Translations under genes and position numbers: made by a program | Source: Alphaproteobacteria bacterium RIFCSPHIGHO2_01_FULL_41_14 | GTDB lineage: Bacteria; Pseudomonadota; Alphaproteobacteria; UBA7879; UBA5542 | DNA length: 64,000 nt | Direction: 5' to 3' | Assembly: GCA_001767855.1 (NCBI GenBank) | Contig: MEMF01000002.1 | Span: 808,893-872,892 of the forward strand | Notes under the pieces: model-generated | What the model saw: only the letters and a program-made list of their open reading frames with translations | The model's database searches: none | What the model was told of the DNA's origin: nothing | Part shown: positions 21,006-30,724 of the stretch, piece by piece | Layout: every line of letters begins with the position of its first letter | Numbering within the stretch: the first letter of the stretch is position 1

Positions 21006-21508
21006 AGAGATTGGATGCGAATGGATTTCTGCCTATCCATACCATATCTTCAAGGACACACGTTGCTTTCCGCTGTGGGACTCAATTCTCCCTCGAAGCG
21101 TACGAACATATTATTGTGACTCGGCTTGCAGGGTTGCACTTGCACAGCTTGGATTTAGGATACAATAGTCTTGGCGCCGAGGGGGCTCAATATCTGGCCT
21201 CCAGCCTCTCACAGCTGACGCACTTGCGCAGCTTGTATTTGAACACCAATAACCTTGGTGTTGTGGGCGCTGGACATCTGGCCTCTGCCCTCTCACAGCT
21301 GACGCACTTGCGTGTCTTGTATTTGCATCACAATGGCCTTAACCTCTTGAGTGACCGGCAACATCTGGCCTCCATCCTCCGACAACAGCTTCCCTACTTG
21401 CTCATCGTGAGTTTGTACGACAATCCTCCTTTTAATGAGGATATCAACCATATAGTTTCTACCCTCCAACAGATGCCGCCGCGCGTGCCGCCCACCCTCT
21501 TTTTCTAG
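20705..21508 (+). CDS. Signal peptide + F-box-like + 3-4 LRR protein, paralogue of 19390..20583
   Basis: LQDLPPELIGEIAQFLGPQDCKNLRLTCRAL; same LRR consensus. Confidence 0.88.
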   Translation: MFDRFLKLSRIAFFMGMIFSFHSDAATGGTPLDEDQQPGASASSMALVPLSQGQPTLQDLPPELIGEIAQFLGPQDCKNLRLTCRALAQHIKLPNIKITPERLDANGFLPIHTISSRTHVAFRCGTQFSLEAYEHIIVTRLAGLHLHSLDLGYNSLGAEGAQYLASSLSQLTHLRSLYLNTNNLGVVGAGHLASALSQLTHLRVLYLHHNGLNLLSDRQHLASILRQQLPYLLIVSLYDNPPFNEDINHIVSTLQQMPPRVPPTLFF

Positions 21509-21702
21509 GCGAATTGAAGCAGCAGCACACAAAAACCTTGAGAGCGCGCCCAGATCTCTTAGGTCATTGCAGGAGAGTTGAAGGACAGAGAACGAGACTT
21601 CTACATATCATTCAGTAAAAAATTTTCTTCCATAAGTCTATTGAATATAGATAAATACTTCATATATAAATAGTAGTTACGTAATTAAAGGTAAAAAAAT
21701 TT

Positions 21703-23424
21703 ATGTCTATTAAGAAAATTATGTTCATAGCTCTTTTGGGGTGGATGTCTGCCTACATGTCTTATGGGGCAAGTGCGGGCAGCGGTGCCCCTGTCCTAGA
21801 GGCAGCAGAACAAGCAGTTGAAGTGTCACGCCCGTTGTCCGTGCCGTCTGTTTTTGATGTTCAAGAAATGTCCATTGGTTCTGTACTGTCTTTGAAACTA
21901 GAAGAACTTGCAGAGCAGCGGACGTGTGACTTAGTAACACAAGACCATCTTGGGGCGTCAATGCAGGGTATTCCCGATATGAAAGCCTATCAGGCGTTAG
22001 TACCCTATAATCCCTACCTTGGAATGCTTTTTGCGGAAGGGGAACGACCCAGTTCTTTTTCGCCTCAATTAGAATCCTTTCTAGACCAGGTGCCGGCAGG
22101 GCATTCTTTTCAGATTTTTGCCTATCCTTTGATATGGGTCCCTGATCCTGCCTCTGCGATTTCTTACATCGTCTCCCATAGGGAGAGGAAGGACACAGAT
22201 CCTGTTCTTCCTTGGGGTGAGATTTCCCAAAGTTTTTCTCAGGAGAGATTGAGAGCACTCTTTAGAATCGTAAAGGGATTTTTGGTTGAGGGAAATGCAC
22301 AAGAGATTTTACAGTCCTCCATTGAGGAGCTGCGCCCCTCTGAAGCGGGATATTTAGGAAACGTTCTTCGACTCTATTATGACATAACGGAGGATAGTTA
22401 CCCGTTTCTCGTCAACGAGCATTTTGAGCTTACATTTCCTGATTTCATTGGAGATCAACTCAAAAGAAATGAAGACACCCCCTGGGGACAGTTCATTTTG
22501 GGAGAATGGGAATATGCCACGGAACATCATGATCGGGGACGTACTTTGTACAAGCAATCTGCAGATCAAGGGTATGCTTGCGCCCAAGAAAGATTTGCCT
22601 GGCTTTGTCTTAATGAGGAAGAAGACAATGAAGATTCAGAGAGTGCACAGGTCTATTTCCAAAAGGCGGCGGATCAAGGACATGCGGACGCTCAATTTAG
22701 TCTGGCTCATATGTACCATAAGAGAGAAAACGGAGAGAAGAACTTAGCACTGGCCCGTCGCTATTATCAGCTGGCGGCGGATCAAGGACATGCGGATGCT
22801 CAATATTATCTTGCTGATATGTACTCTCAGGGGGAGGGAAGCGAGCGGAACTTAGAAGCTGGGCGTCGCTATTTAAAGCTTGCGGTGGATCAAGGATGTG
22901 CTGCCGCACAATATAAACTTGCGGAATTGTATAGAGACGAGGAAAAGAATCTAAAAACTGCGCTGCGCTATTATCAGCTGGCGGCGGATCAAGGATATGC
23001 TGAGGCACAGTATGCTCTTGCTTATATATATCATGTGGGAGAAAATGGAGAGAAGGACTTAGCACTGGCCCGTCGCTATTATCAGCTGGCGGCGAATCAG
23101 GGGCATGCTGAGGCACAATATTATCTTGCTGATATGTGTGCTCAGGGAGCAGGAGGGACGAAAAACCTAAGAACCTCCCGTCACTATTATCGCCTTGCGG
23201 CAGTTCAGGGGCATGCTGAGGCGCAGCATAATCTTGCTTATATGTACTATAAGGGAGACGGAGGGTCGCAGAACTTAGGACTGGCCCATCGCTATTTAAC
23301 ACTTGCGGCGGCTCAGGGGTATGAACTCTCTCAGAGAGCTCTTACTGCTTTGGATGAAAACCGCCTTCAAACAACTGATTCGGCAGCAGCAGCAGAACCT
23401 TTGCCTAAACAACAAAAATCATAA
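21703..23424 (+). CDS. Exported Sel1-like repeat protein (about 8 repeats) with unknown N-terminal domain
   Basis: Signal-like N-terminus; repeats AQYxLAxMYxxGExxxKNLxxARRYYQLAADQGH. Confidence 0.9.
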   Translation: MSIKKIMFIALLGWMSAYMSYGASAGSGAPVLEAAEQAVEVSRPLSVPSVFDVQEMSIGSVLSLKLEELAEQRTCDLVTQDHLGASMQGIPDMKAYQALVPYNPYLGMLFAEGERPSSFSPQLESFLDQVPAGHSFQIFAYPLIWVPDPASAISYIVSHRERKDTDPVLPWGEISQSFSQERLRALFRIVKGFLVEGNAQEILQSSIEELRPSEAGYLGNVLRLYYDITEDSYPFLVNEHFELTFPDFIGDQLKRNEDTPWGQFILGEWEYATEHHDRGRTLYKQSADQGYACAQERFAWLCLNEEEDNEDSESAQVYFQKAADQGHADAQFSLAHMYHKRENGEKNLALARRYYQLAADQGHADAQYYLADMYSQGEGSERNLEAGRRYLKLAVDQGCAAAQYKLAELYRDEEKNLKTALRYYQLAADQGYAEAQYALAYIYHVGENGEKDLALARRYYQLAANQGHAEAQYYLADMCAQGAGGTKNLRTSRHYYRLAAVQGHAEAQHNLAYMYYKGDGGSQNLGLAHRYLTLAAAQGYELSQRALTALDENRLQTTDSAAAAEPLPKQQKS

Positions 23425-23631
23425 TATATAGCTAACCTCTTATAAATTGATGACTAACCTGATCCATTTTTTTCAGGACCACCTCATATGGCCTCTCTGC
23501 GCAACCAAATCCCCATCATTGCGAGGCAATCCCTCTTTTTGACTGAGAAAGACAAAGGTAAAAAAAGTTCCCAAAATTCTCTGGGCCTGTTACACTGAAC
23601 GAAAGATTCATCAAAAACGGAGGGAAATCTT

Positions 23632-24099
23632 ATGACGCAAAAATCACCCACCCACGGCAGCTTCTGGGCCATGCTGTGCCACTTGAGCGGCTTGATTGGA
23701 TTTATCTTTGTGCCTGTTTTGGGTAGTCTCTTGTTTCCCTTGATCGTGTGGAGTTTTAAAAAAGACACTTCTCCTCTCGTGGCCAATAACGGCAGGTCCA
23801 TCATTAACTTTGTTCTCTCTTTGTGGCTCTATACCCTCATATTTTCTTTGGCCATGGTCCTTTTATGGGCTGTCATCGCCCCCACTTTCTTTTCCCTTTA
23901 TGGCTTTCTTGGGCTTGAACACTTTCGGTCTTACTTTGTTGCTTCCGGCGGCATTGCTCTCTTCAGCCTAATGATGGTGGCCGTTTTTGGCGCTTTCTTC
24001 TGGTTATGGCAAGGCATCCTCATGTTGTATGCCAGTATCAAAGCCGCCAATGGGGAAGTCTATCACTACCCCTTCACCATTCAGTTTCTCAAGGGTTAA
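23632..24099 (+). CDS. DUF4870-family membrane protein
   Basis: WAMLCHLSGL, PLIVW..KK, IKAANGEVYHYPFTI; GGAGG RBS. Confidence 0.8.
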   Translation: MTQKSPTHGSFWAMLCHLSGLIGFIFVPVLGSLLFPLIVWSFKKDTSPLVANNGRSIINFVLSLWLYTLIFSLAMVLLWAVIAPTFFSLYGFLGLEHFRSYFVASGGIALFSLMMVAVFGAFFWLWQGILMLYASIKAANGEVYHYPFTIQFLKG

Positions 24100-24398
24100 G
24101 GAAGAGGAACACATCCTGAGATCCTACAGACCCTGCAACAACAGGTTTCCTTATTCACATTTTTGGTTTTAGCTCCAACCCTTACTGCCCTCTTACAGTA
24201 AGTTGGTGTCCACTTTCGGCACACGCATGGGCCCCTACTATGGTTGCATCAATCATCATCGTCTCCCCATCTGGATCTATTTAAAATTTCTTTCACGAAA
24301 CCTAAATCTCATATTCTGAGAAATTGTAGTTTTTTTCCACTAGATCTTCTGACATATTGTTTTTACTATCGCGACACATTTAACAGAAAGAGGATTTT

Positions 24399-25160
24399 AT
24401 GAGAAAGTTTTTATTTTTATGTACACTGCTCTTGAGCTTTTCTGGATTTAGCGCACTATTATTGCAGGAGGTGGATTTGGTTTATCATAACCAGTGTTAT
24501 AACAAGCTCCCTTCAGTTAAAGAGGCTGACCAGAATTTAGAAGCTCGCTCAGATTTTCAAAATTTCTTGAAAAAAGCGGGTGAGGTGGCCAACTCATATG
24601 GACTCCAAGACTATTTGGGTTTGCGCCTGATCCATCGACATTTTGACTTGAGACCAAGCCAAGTGATGGTGGAGATATTCGATCAGTATGAGAATACACC
24701 TTCTTTGATTACCACCCCATCTTCGATGGAAAGAGCGCATGAAAAAGGAGCGGTCCCCTCTAGTTGGATTTTTACAGATTCTAACCCAATGTTATTTGAG
24801 ACTTCTACTGATGATGGTGCGAGAAAGGGATTAGAGAAATTGAGAAATGTTCCTAACTTTTGGAATGAAATGGCCGTATTGATCAAGAAAAATAATTTTC
24901 AAGATCTTGTTGCTCTAGCTATTTTAAAGCGAGAAAGCTTAATTCCTTTGTCAACAGAGCAGATTTATATGGAAAGAAATTACGGACGTTTGGAGTCTAG
25001 TATTGTTCAGTTAGAGAACCGCGAAGGTGTTGTAGACCAGAGTATTAGAACCAGCTGGGCATTTGATGAAACTGACGGGGTGTGCATGTGCTCGAGTCAC
25101 TATTGCCATAGTAGAGATGATGGCGATCATACACGTAATGGAGTTCATATCGAATATTAA
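24399..25160 (+). CDS. Hypothetical exported protein with LIHRHFDL motif and Cys/His-rich C-terminus
   Basis: GAGGA RBS; signal MRKFLFLCTLLLSFSGFSA; 253-aa ORF in an AT-rich stretch. Confidence 0.75.
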   Translation: MRKFLFLCTLLLSFSGFSALLLQEVDLVYHNQCYNKLPSVKEADQNLEARSDFQNFLKKAGEVANSYGLQDYLGLRLIHRHFDLRPSQVMVEIFDQYENTPSLITTPSSMERAHEKGAVPSSWIFTDSNPMLFETSTDDGARKGLEKLRNVPNFWNEMAVLIKKNNFQDLVALAILKRESLIPLSTEQIYMERNYGRLESSIVQLENREGVVDQSIRTSWAFDETDGVCMCSSHYCHSRDDGDHTRNGVHIEY

Positions 25161-25584
25161 ATCAGAGTAATCTCTCCTCTTTTAAAAGATAATTATGTGC
25201 GGATAGAACTTTTGGCAAATCTGTAGACGACATTTTGGTCATATCTTAAGTCCTTTTCTGCAGTATGGGCGACTTTTTGGGATTTAAGAAGCACAAAATG
25301 AGACTTTTTGGGAAATAAGGAGTCTTGAAAGGTGGCCATCGGTTACCCCAAAATCTCACAGCCAATTGTATGGTTCACTATATCTGACACTCGGAGATGC
25401 ACCCTTTGCCCTCTCTACTTCTCTCACAGACCTCTCAGAAATCCTTATGATAAGTATATAAATTAAAAATATTGAAAATATCGATATAAAATAACAATTA
25501 TTACTAGACATTTATTATTTTTTATTTTATCTAGATCCTATAAAAAAATGTATTTCATATCATGAATGAAGGGAGAAGAATAAG

Positions 25585-26157
25585 ATGTCACATAAAAGAG
25601 CACTAAATCAAAGAAGACGAGCGAGCACCCCTAAGAAAATTCTGGCCTCCTTGCGGTCTCCTGCCGCCAAGATAATCTTTCAAACCATCATGGAAAGAAA
25701 CAGATATTTGTTTCTCCAATCCCTGGAACAACGCTATCCTCTCAAAAAAGTAAAAGCTTCCTTGTGGCGGGGTACAGCGCTGCATCTCCTTGAATTAAGC
25801 GATAAAATTTCACCGGGCATGCACCAAGCGGCTACCCATTATTTAGAAATCTCCCACCAGATTTTAAGGGAAGGCCCTCAGCAGCCCTGTTCTAAATTTG
25901 AGGGCTCTTTGTCGCACCGCGCTATTCCCTCCTACGATCAAAAACAAGATCCCTGCCAGGAGTTGGCTCTCGAACAACACTGGAAGAAGATCTCCCTGAT
26001 CCTTCAAGAAGCCCGTATCAAAAAAGTGGTGGATGCGCTGGGAGACATCCATGATCTGAGCGTCTTAGACCACGTCCTGAGAACAAGGGAAACCCTCGTG
26101 CAGCTGCAAAAAGGACTCGGTCGGCTGAAAGCTTATTTGGCAGAGGAGAGAATCTGA
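25585..26157 (+). CDS. Hypothetical protein, possibly a degenerate CHAD domain
   Basis: GGGAG upstream; DALGDIHDLSVL resembles the CHAD LGxxHDLxV motif. Confidence 0.5.
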   Translation: MSHKRALNQRRRASTPKKILASLRSPAAKIIFQTIMERNRYLFLQSLEQRYPLKKVKASLWRGTALHLLELSDKISPGMHQAATHYLEISHQILREGPQQPCSKFEGSLSHRAIPSYDQKQDPCQELALEQHWKKISLILQEARIKKVVDALGDIHDLSVLDHVLRTRETLVQLQKGLGRLKAYLAEERI

Positions 26158-27068
26158 TCCACCGCCTCTTGCACCTGAGAGAGCAAAATATCTTGGGTAT
26201 CAGGCATAGGTTTCACCGCTACCAGTGATGACCGATAGGAGAGGGGAGGAGAGCTTAAAAACAACGCCACCGTCGGCTTGTTCAACACAGCGGCGCCATT
26301 CATCATGCCCGTATCATTGCCCACAAAAAAGGTCACTTGATGGAGAAAAGCCAATGATTCTTGTAATGAAAATTGAGTGAGTGCCACAGCCTCCCCTCCC
26401 TTGTTTTTTATAGTCAAAACCATCTCGGCAGCCTCAATCCTTTCTTTCGGCCCGCCCAGCAGAAATACTGACATTTTCTGAGAACGCGACAACCACACGG
26501 CCAAATCTTCCCAGTGAGACGACCCCCATTTTTTCGAAGGCTCTGTTCCCCCAATACCAATGGCCACCCACGGTTTTTTATAAGATAAGAGTTTCTTTTT
26601 CACATGCTTTTTAGCCGTCTCCGACACACTAAATTTGGGTTCTCTGAGGAGGGGAATACCCTGCTTTTCCAGCAAGAGGGTCGCCCGTTCGATGGGGTGC
26701 ATCTTGAGCCATCTGAGGTCAGCAGGATAGCTGATAACGGTAGGGATGCCCGCTAGTTTGCAAGCCCAGCGATAAGTCCAGCTTTTATGAAAAATCCATA
26801 CGACAGAAAATTTTTTCCGCCACAAAAAGAACGCGAGCGGCATCCAACCCAAAAAGCCACCATGCCTGCCGGGCCGCTCCACCCATAGAATTTCTTTCAC
26901 GTAAGGGCTATTCTTATAGAGATGCTGGGCCTGACTTTGACGCTTGGTGAGTAACGTCAACGGGGCCTTATAAAAACGACTTAAGCTTTGCAAGGCTGCA
27001 TCAAACCAAAACAAATCCCCAATCCCCGGTAAGGGTTGAATCACTAAAATTTTTGGATCTGGGTTCAT
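26133..27068 (-). CDS. Glycosyltransferase family 9 (heptosyltransferase-like)
   Basis: LVIQPLPGIGD, KKWG, FVGNDTGMMN. Confidence 0.88.
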   Translation of the reverse strand: MNPDPKILVIQPLPGIGDLFWFDAALQSLSRFYKAPLTLLTKRQSQAQHLYKNSPYVKEILWVERPGRHGGFLGWMPLAFFLWRKKFSVVWIFHKSWTYRWACKLAGIPTVISYPADLRWLKMHPIERATLLLEKQGIPLLREPKFSVSETAKKHVKKKLLSYKKPWVAIGIGGTEPSKKWGSSHWEDLAVWLSRSQKMSVFLLGGPKERIEAAEMVLTIKNKGGEAVALTQFSLQESLAFLHQVTFFVGNDTGMMNGAAVLNKPTVALFLSSPPLSYRSSLVAVKPMPDTQDILLSQVQEAVDQILSSAK

Positions 27069-28037
27069 TTAGCCCCTTTCTAAAATATCTTGCAATGCCA
27101 GCAAATCTTCTGGCAACGACGCCGTGAACACCCTCTTCTCCCCCGTAACGGGATGGATAAATTTAAGGGCTGCCGCATGCAAAGCCTGCCGCGTATCGGC
27201 CCACACACCGGGATTTTCGCGCCACAAACGTTTGAGCATGGGGTTGCTTTTTGCCCGTCCGTAAACGGGATCGCCAATGAGAGGGTGCCCCGCGTTCGCT
27301 AAATGTACCCTGATCTGATGGGTGCGCCCTGTCTCGAGTTGACATTCGATGAGGGAGGCTACCACTGCGTTTTCCCCATAATACTCTTTCACCTTATAGT
27401 GCGTGACGGCTTCTTTCCCTCCCGTGCGCCGCACCGTCATTTTTTGCCGGTTATGGGAGCTACGCCCAATATTTTGGGTGATGGTCCCCTCGGGCATGAT
27501 CTGGCCCACCACAAAGGCTAAGTACGTACGGCTTAACGTCCGGTCGGCAAACTGGGCGGATAATTTTTGATGCGCCTCATCCGTCTTGGCCACCACCATG
27601 AGCCCGCTGGTATCTTTGTCCAACCGATGCACAATGCCTGGTCGCTTGACGCCTCCAATGCCGGAAAGATCTTCACAGTGGGCCAAGAGTGCATTCACCA
27701 GCGTGCCGCTTTTATTTCCGGCCCCGGGGTGCACCACCAGACCTGCGGGTTTATTAATCACCAACACAGATTCATCCTCAAACACCACATCGAGGGGGAT
27801 TTCTTCCGCCATCAGGGAGGTCTCTTCTAGCGCAGGCTCCTGGAGTTCAATGCGTTGTCCTTCCAACACTTTGATCTTGGGGTCTGCCGCAATTTTGCCA
27901 TCCACCCAGACATGTTCTTCCAAAATAAGCGCCTTCAGGCGACTTCGGGAAAACTCGGGCAACAAGATGGCGAGCGCTTTGTCTAAACGTTCCCTATTTA
28001 ATTCATTAGGAATTTCAACTTGGTATGTTTTTAACAT
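27069..28037 (-). CDS. rluD: RluA-family 23S rRNA pseudouridine synthase (RluD-like)
   Basis: S4 domain, NKPAGLVVHP, HRLDKDTSG, TGRTHQIRVH. Confidence 0.92.
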   Translation of the reverse strand: MLKTYQVEIPNELNRERLDKALAILLPEFSRSRLKALILEEHVWVDGKIAADPKIKVLEGQRIELQEPALEETSLMAEEIPLDVVFEDESVLVINKPAGLVVHPGAGNKSGTLVNALLAHCEDLSGIGGVKRPGIVHRLDKDTSGLMVVAKTDEAHQKLSAQFADRTLSRTYLAFVVGQIMPEGTITQNIGRSSHNRQKMTVRRTGGKEAVTHYKVKEYYGENAVVASLIECQLETGRTHQIRVHLANAGHPLIGDPVYGRAKSNPMLKRLWRENPGVWADTRQALHAAALKFIHPVTGEKRVFTASLPEDLLALQDILERG

Positions 28038-28120
28038 CTGACTTACATTTGACTTTCATTTATAATGTTGAGAGTATAAACTAAACACAGGAAACACATA
28101 ACTTTTTTCTCGAGGGACCC

Positions 28121-28552
28121 ATGAGGAAAATAGGACACTCAAGCTGGCGCTTCTTTTCTTCCAACATTCTCAGCCGGGCGCTCTTGCCCTTTGCCATCCT
28201 TTTGTTCTCTAGCCTCAAAGAGATCCTCCTCTTCCCCCAGCAAGGCGGCTCCCTCCAAGGATGGCTGTCCGTTGGCCTGAGTTTAGCTTTTTTCTATACT
28301 TTTTATATCTCCGTCTTGAAACGAGACCCCACCCGCTTTTCCCGGGGAGACCTGTGGATCATGGGGGTCATCTGGGCCCTCTTCGCCCTCCTCATTCATG
28401 CCACTGTTCTCTCTGGTATTTATGATATGGATTGGGGTGCGCTTTTTCAATCTTATACCTTCGTCCCCTTCAAACCCTGGCCCTTTGCGGTGATCGGACT
28501 TTTCTTAACCCCTCGCTTTGCCGCCATCATCGCGAAGAAGTGGTTTTTTTGA
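28121..28552 (+). CDS. Hypothetical membrane protein (about 4 TM segments)
   Basis: GAGGG RBS; hydrophobic segments. Confidence 0.65.
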   Translation: MRKIGHSSWRFFSSNILSRALLPFAILLFSSLKEILLFPQQGGSLQGWLSVGLSLAFFYTFYISVLKRDPTRFSRGDLWIMGVIWALFALLIHATVLSGIYDMDWGALFQSYTFVPFKPWPFAVIGLFLTPRFAAIIAKKWFF

Positions 28553-28562
28553 GTCTAGATTA

Positions 28563-29234
28563 TCAAAACTGACGCAAGACGCGTTTCACAAAAGGGATGG
28601 TAATCGCTCGTTGCGCTCGCAAGGATTGTGTATCCAGCTCCTCCAAAAAGCGCACCAAAAAACCCGACGACCGCTCTATGTGTCTGAGAATATATTTCCG
28701 CACCGCAGGGTCTAAATCGATCTGCATTTCTGAGATTTTTTTTACCAGAATAGCCTCCAGCAGATCATCATCCGGTCGCTCTATCCTGAGGGCTGGAAAA
28801 AGCGCCAAGCGCGACCTCAGATCGGCCAACTGAAGAGGCCAAAGGGCCGGTGGTTGTTCCGCCGTTAGCAATAGAGTTCCCTTCCGTTCTTTGATCAAAT
28901 TGCAGAGGTGGAATAAGGATTGCTCCGAAATGTCAGGGGACGACGCATCATCCACAATGTACGCCCGACCGGGGAGAATGAGAGGGTCAAAGTCGTCTAG
29001 GCTCTTGAGGTCTTTAGGGTGCAAAAACAGCGCTCGAGAAGTGCTCTGGAAAACATGCGCCAGATGGGTTTTTCCCACCTTATGAGCGCCAAAAATAAGG
29101 AGCCCATAGACGAGCCAGTGGGGCCAAGCCTCAAGAGCCGAAAGGGCCAAAGCATTACTCTCACTTTTTAAAAAATCCTCTGGAAAATAATTTTGTTTTA
29201 CATCAAAACGCAGAGGTAGTTGCGCACCGTCCAC
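28563..29234 (-). CDS. hdaA: HdaA/DnaA-related regulatory inactivator
   Basis: QLPL clamp-binding motif, GKTHLA, LFHLCN, DLRSRL, HIERS. Confidence 0.85.
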   Translation of the reverse strand: MDGAQLPLRFDVKQNYFPEDFLKSESNALALSALEAWPHWLVYGLLIFGAHKVGKTHLAHVFQSTSRALFLHPKDLKSLDDFDPLILPGRAYIVDDASSPDISEQSLFHLCNLIKERKGTLLLTAEQPPALWPLQLADLRSRLALFPALRIERPDDDLLEAILVKKISEMQIDLDPAVRKYILRHIERSSGFLVRFLEELDTQSLRAQRAITIPFVKRVLRQF

Positions 29235-29367
29235 CAGTCCCCCTTTTTTTCTGTTCCCGTTGTACGTGATTTTGGGTGAAAAAGATAGGGGGGAGCATGA
29301 CCCTCTCTTTACTTTTTCCCCAAAGCATCTTACGGTTAAGGACAGAACTTATAAATAGGAGAAACTC

Positions 29368-29760
29368 ATGCCAGGTCCGGTGGTTACAACAGGCGCAATG
29401 GCCATGTGCACCATGGGGACAGGACCAGGTGTCTTAAACTTTATGCCACCCCCTGTGGTGAATTGCCCCACCCAGGCCGGCAAAATCACGGATATCGTCC
29501 CTATCAAAAATATTCCCTCTTTTATCCTGTGTATCAGTCTGGCAAACCCAGTGGTCGCAGCTGCCACCGCTTCTCACTTAGGCGTCCTCACCCCCATGCC
29601 GTGCGTTCCAGCACCTGCTGGCCCGTGGATTCCGGGATCTGCCTCTGTTTTTTTAGGGGGTATCCCTATGCTGAATTCAAGCTGTATGCTACATTGTTCC
29701 TATGCGGGGGTGATTACCATTACCTTTCCTGGTCAGAAGGCTTCCATTTGCACCAAGTGA
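29368..29760 (+). CDS. DUF4280 PAAR-like spike-tip protein
   Basis: AGGAG RBS; GAMAMCTMG, NIPSFILCISLANPVVAAAT, LTPMPCVP, PWIPG, CSYAGVITITFPGQ. Confidence 0.88.
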   Translation: MPGPVVTTGAMAMCTMGTGPGVLNFMPPPVVNCPTQAGKITDIVPIKNIPSFILCISLANPVVAAATASHLGVLTPMPCVPAPAGPWIPGSASVFLGGIPMLNSSCMLHCSYAGVITITFPGQKASICTK

Positions 29761-29789
29761 TCCCGCCATGTTAAGAGTATTTGGATTCC

Positions 29790-30668
29790 ATGTCGCAGCT
29801 TCTTAAGTATCTTATTGTTGCCCTCATTTGTCTGATCCTAGGCTCTCTTCTTGGCATCCTTATTTATAATCACCTTTCCCCTGTGGCCCTTCTAAAAAGC
29901 GGCCTCCACACCACTACAACAGTGCAAGACCTTGCGAAAGAAGCCAAAGCAGGCGGAGGCGGTGGTAGCGGCGGTGCAGATAAAAAAGACGCCGGCAAAG
30001 ACGGGGCAGAGACAAAAGGAGGAGACAAAAAAGTCCCCGATAAAAAAGACACCGATGACAAAAAAGAGGGGGCGAAAGACTCAGCAAAGGACTCGGGGAA
30101 AGAGGAAACAAAAGGAGGAGAAGACTCCACTGAATACTTAAGATCTCTGTGGCCCATTAAGAAAAGAAAAGCAGCCGATGTCTCCGGAGACGTTGAAGGG
30201 GCTCTTTATCTGGATGGTACCAGCCCCTACGGCCCCCCGGCGAGCTATAAGGAAGATCTCTTTTCTGAAACAAAAACACTTACACTACCGGGAGATCCCC
30301 CCTCTCGTCTGCCCCCCCCTCTCACAGCACGAGAAAAAACAGAACCCCTCTTTCCACACTTTTCAATGGAATCATCATCAGAGCCACCCCTTCCTGCGTC
30401 CACCCTCTATCAAGTAGAAATTGGGCGATTTTCCTCTCTTGAAAAAGCTCAAGAGGCCCACAATACCCTCCGATCAAGAGGCCATGAGGTTGACGTTTAT
30501 TACAGTGGCTCTATTACCAACCCCGATTGGTTTTATGTACGGCTCTCAGCCCTCCTCAACAAACCCCAAGCCTACCGAAAAGCCCAAACACTCTCCATTT
30601 TAGAAAAAATCGCCCCCACCCTGGTGGTGATCAGCCGAGACGTCAAAAAACTTCCCTCTGCCCTCTAA
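29790..30668 (+). CDS. Membrane-anchored SPOR-domain protein with low-complexity G/K/D linker
   Basis: N-terminal TM; C-terminal YQVEIGRFSSLEKAQ..LRSRG..WFYVRL. Confidence 0.8.
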   Translation: MSQLLKYLIVALICLILGSLLGILIYNHLSPVALLKSGLHTTTTVQDLAKEAKAGGGGGSGGADKKDAGKDGAETKGGDKKVPDKKDTDDKKEGAKDSAKDSGKEETKGGEDSTEYLRSLWPIKKRKAADVSGDVEGALYLDGTSPYGPPASYKEDLFSETKTLTLPGDPPSRLPPPLTAREKTEPLFPHFSMESSSEPPLPASTLYQVEIGRFSSLEKAQEAHNTLRSRGHEVDVYYSGSITNPDWFYVRLSALLNKPQAYRKAQTLSILEKIAPTLVVISRDVKKLPSAL

Positions 30669-30724
30669 AAAAGGATCGGCCATATTCATTGAAATATATG
30701 GTTTTCATCCCTATATCTCTCTTT

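Noticed and set aside
19798..23320. Periodic repeats as a CRISPR array or DGR target
   Set aside because: The periods (84 bp, ~108 bp) are in-frame LRR and Sel1 coding units; there are no unique spacers, cas genes or reverse transcriptase in the window
24100..24172. Possible relic of an LRR-gene C-terminal cap
   Set aside because: Requires a frameshift and the similarity is marginal
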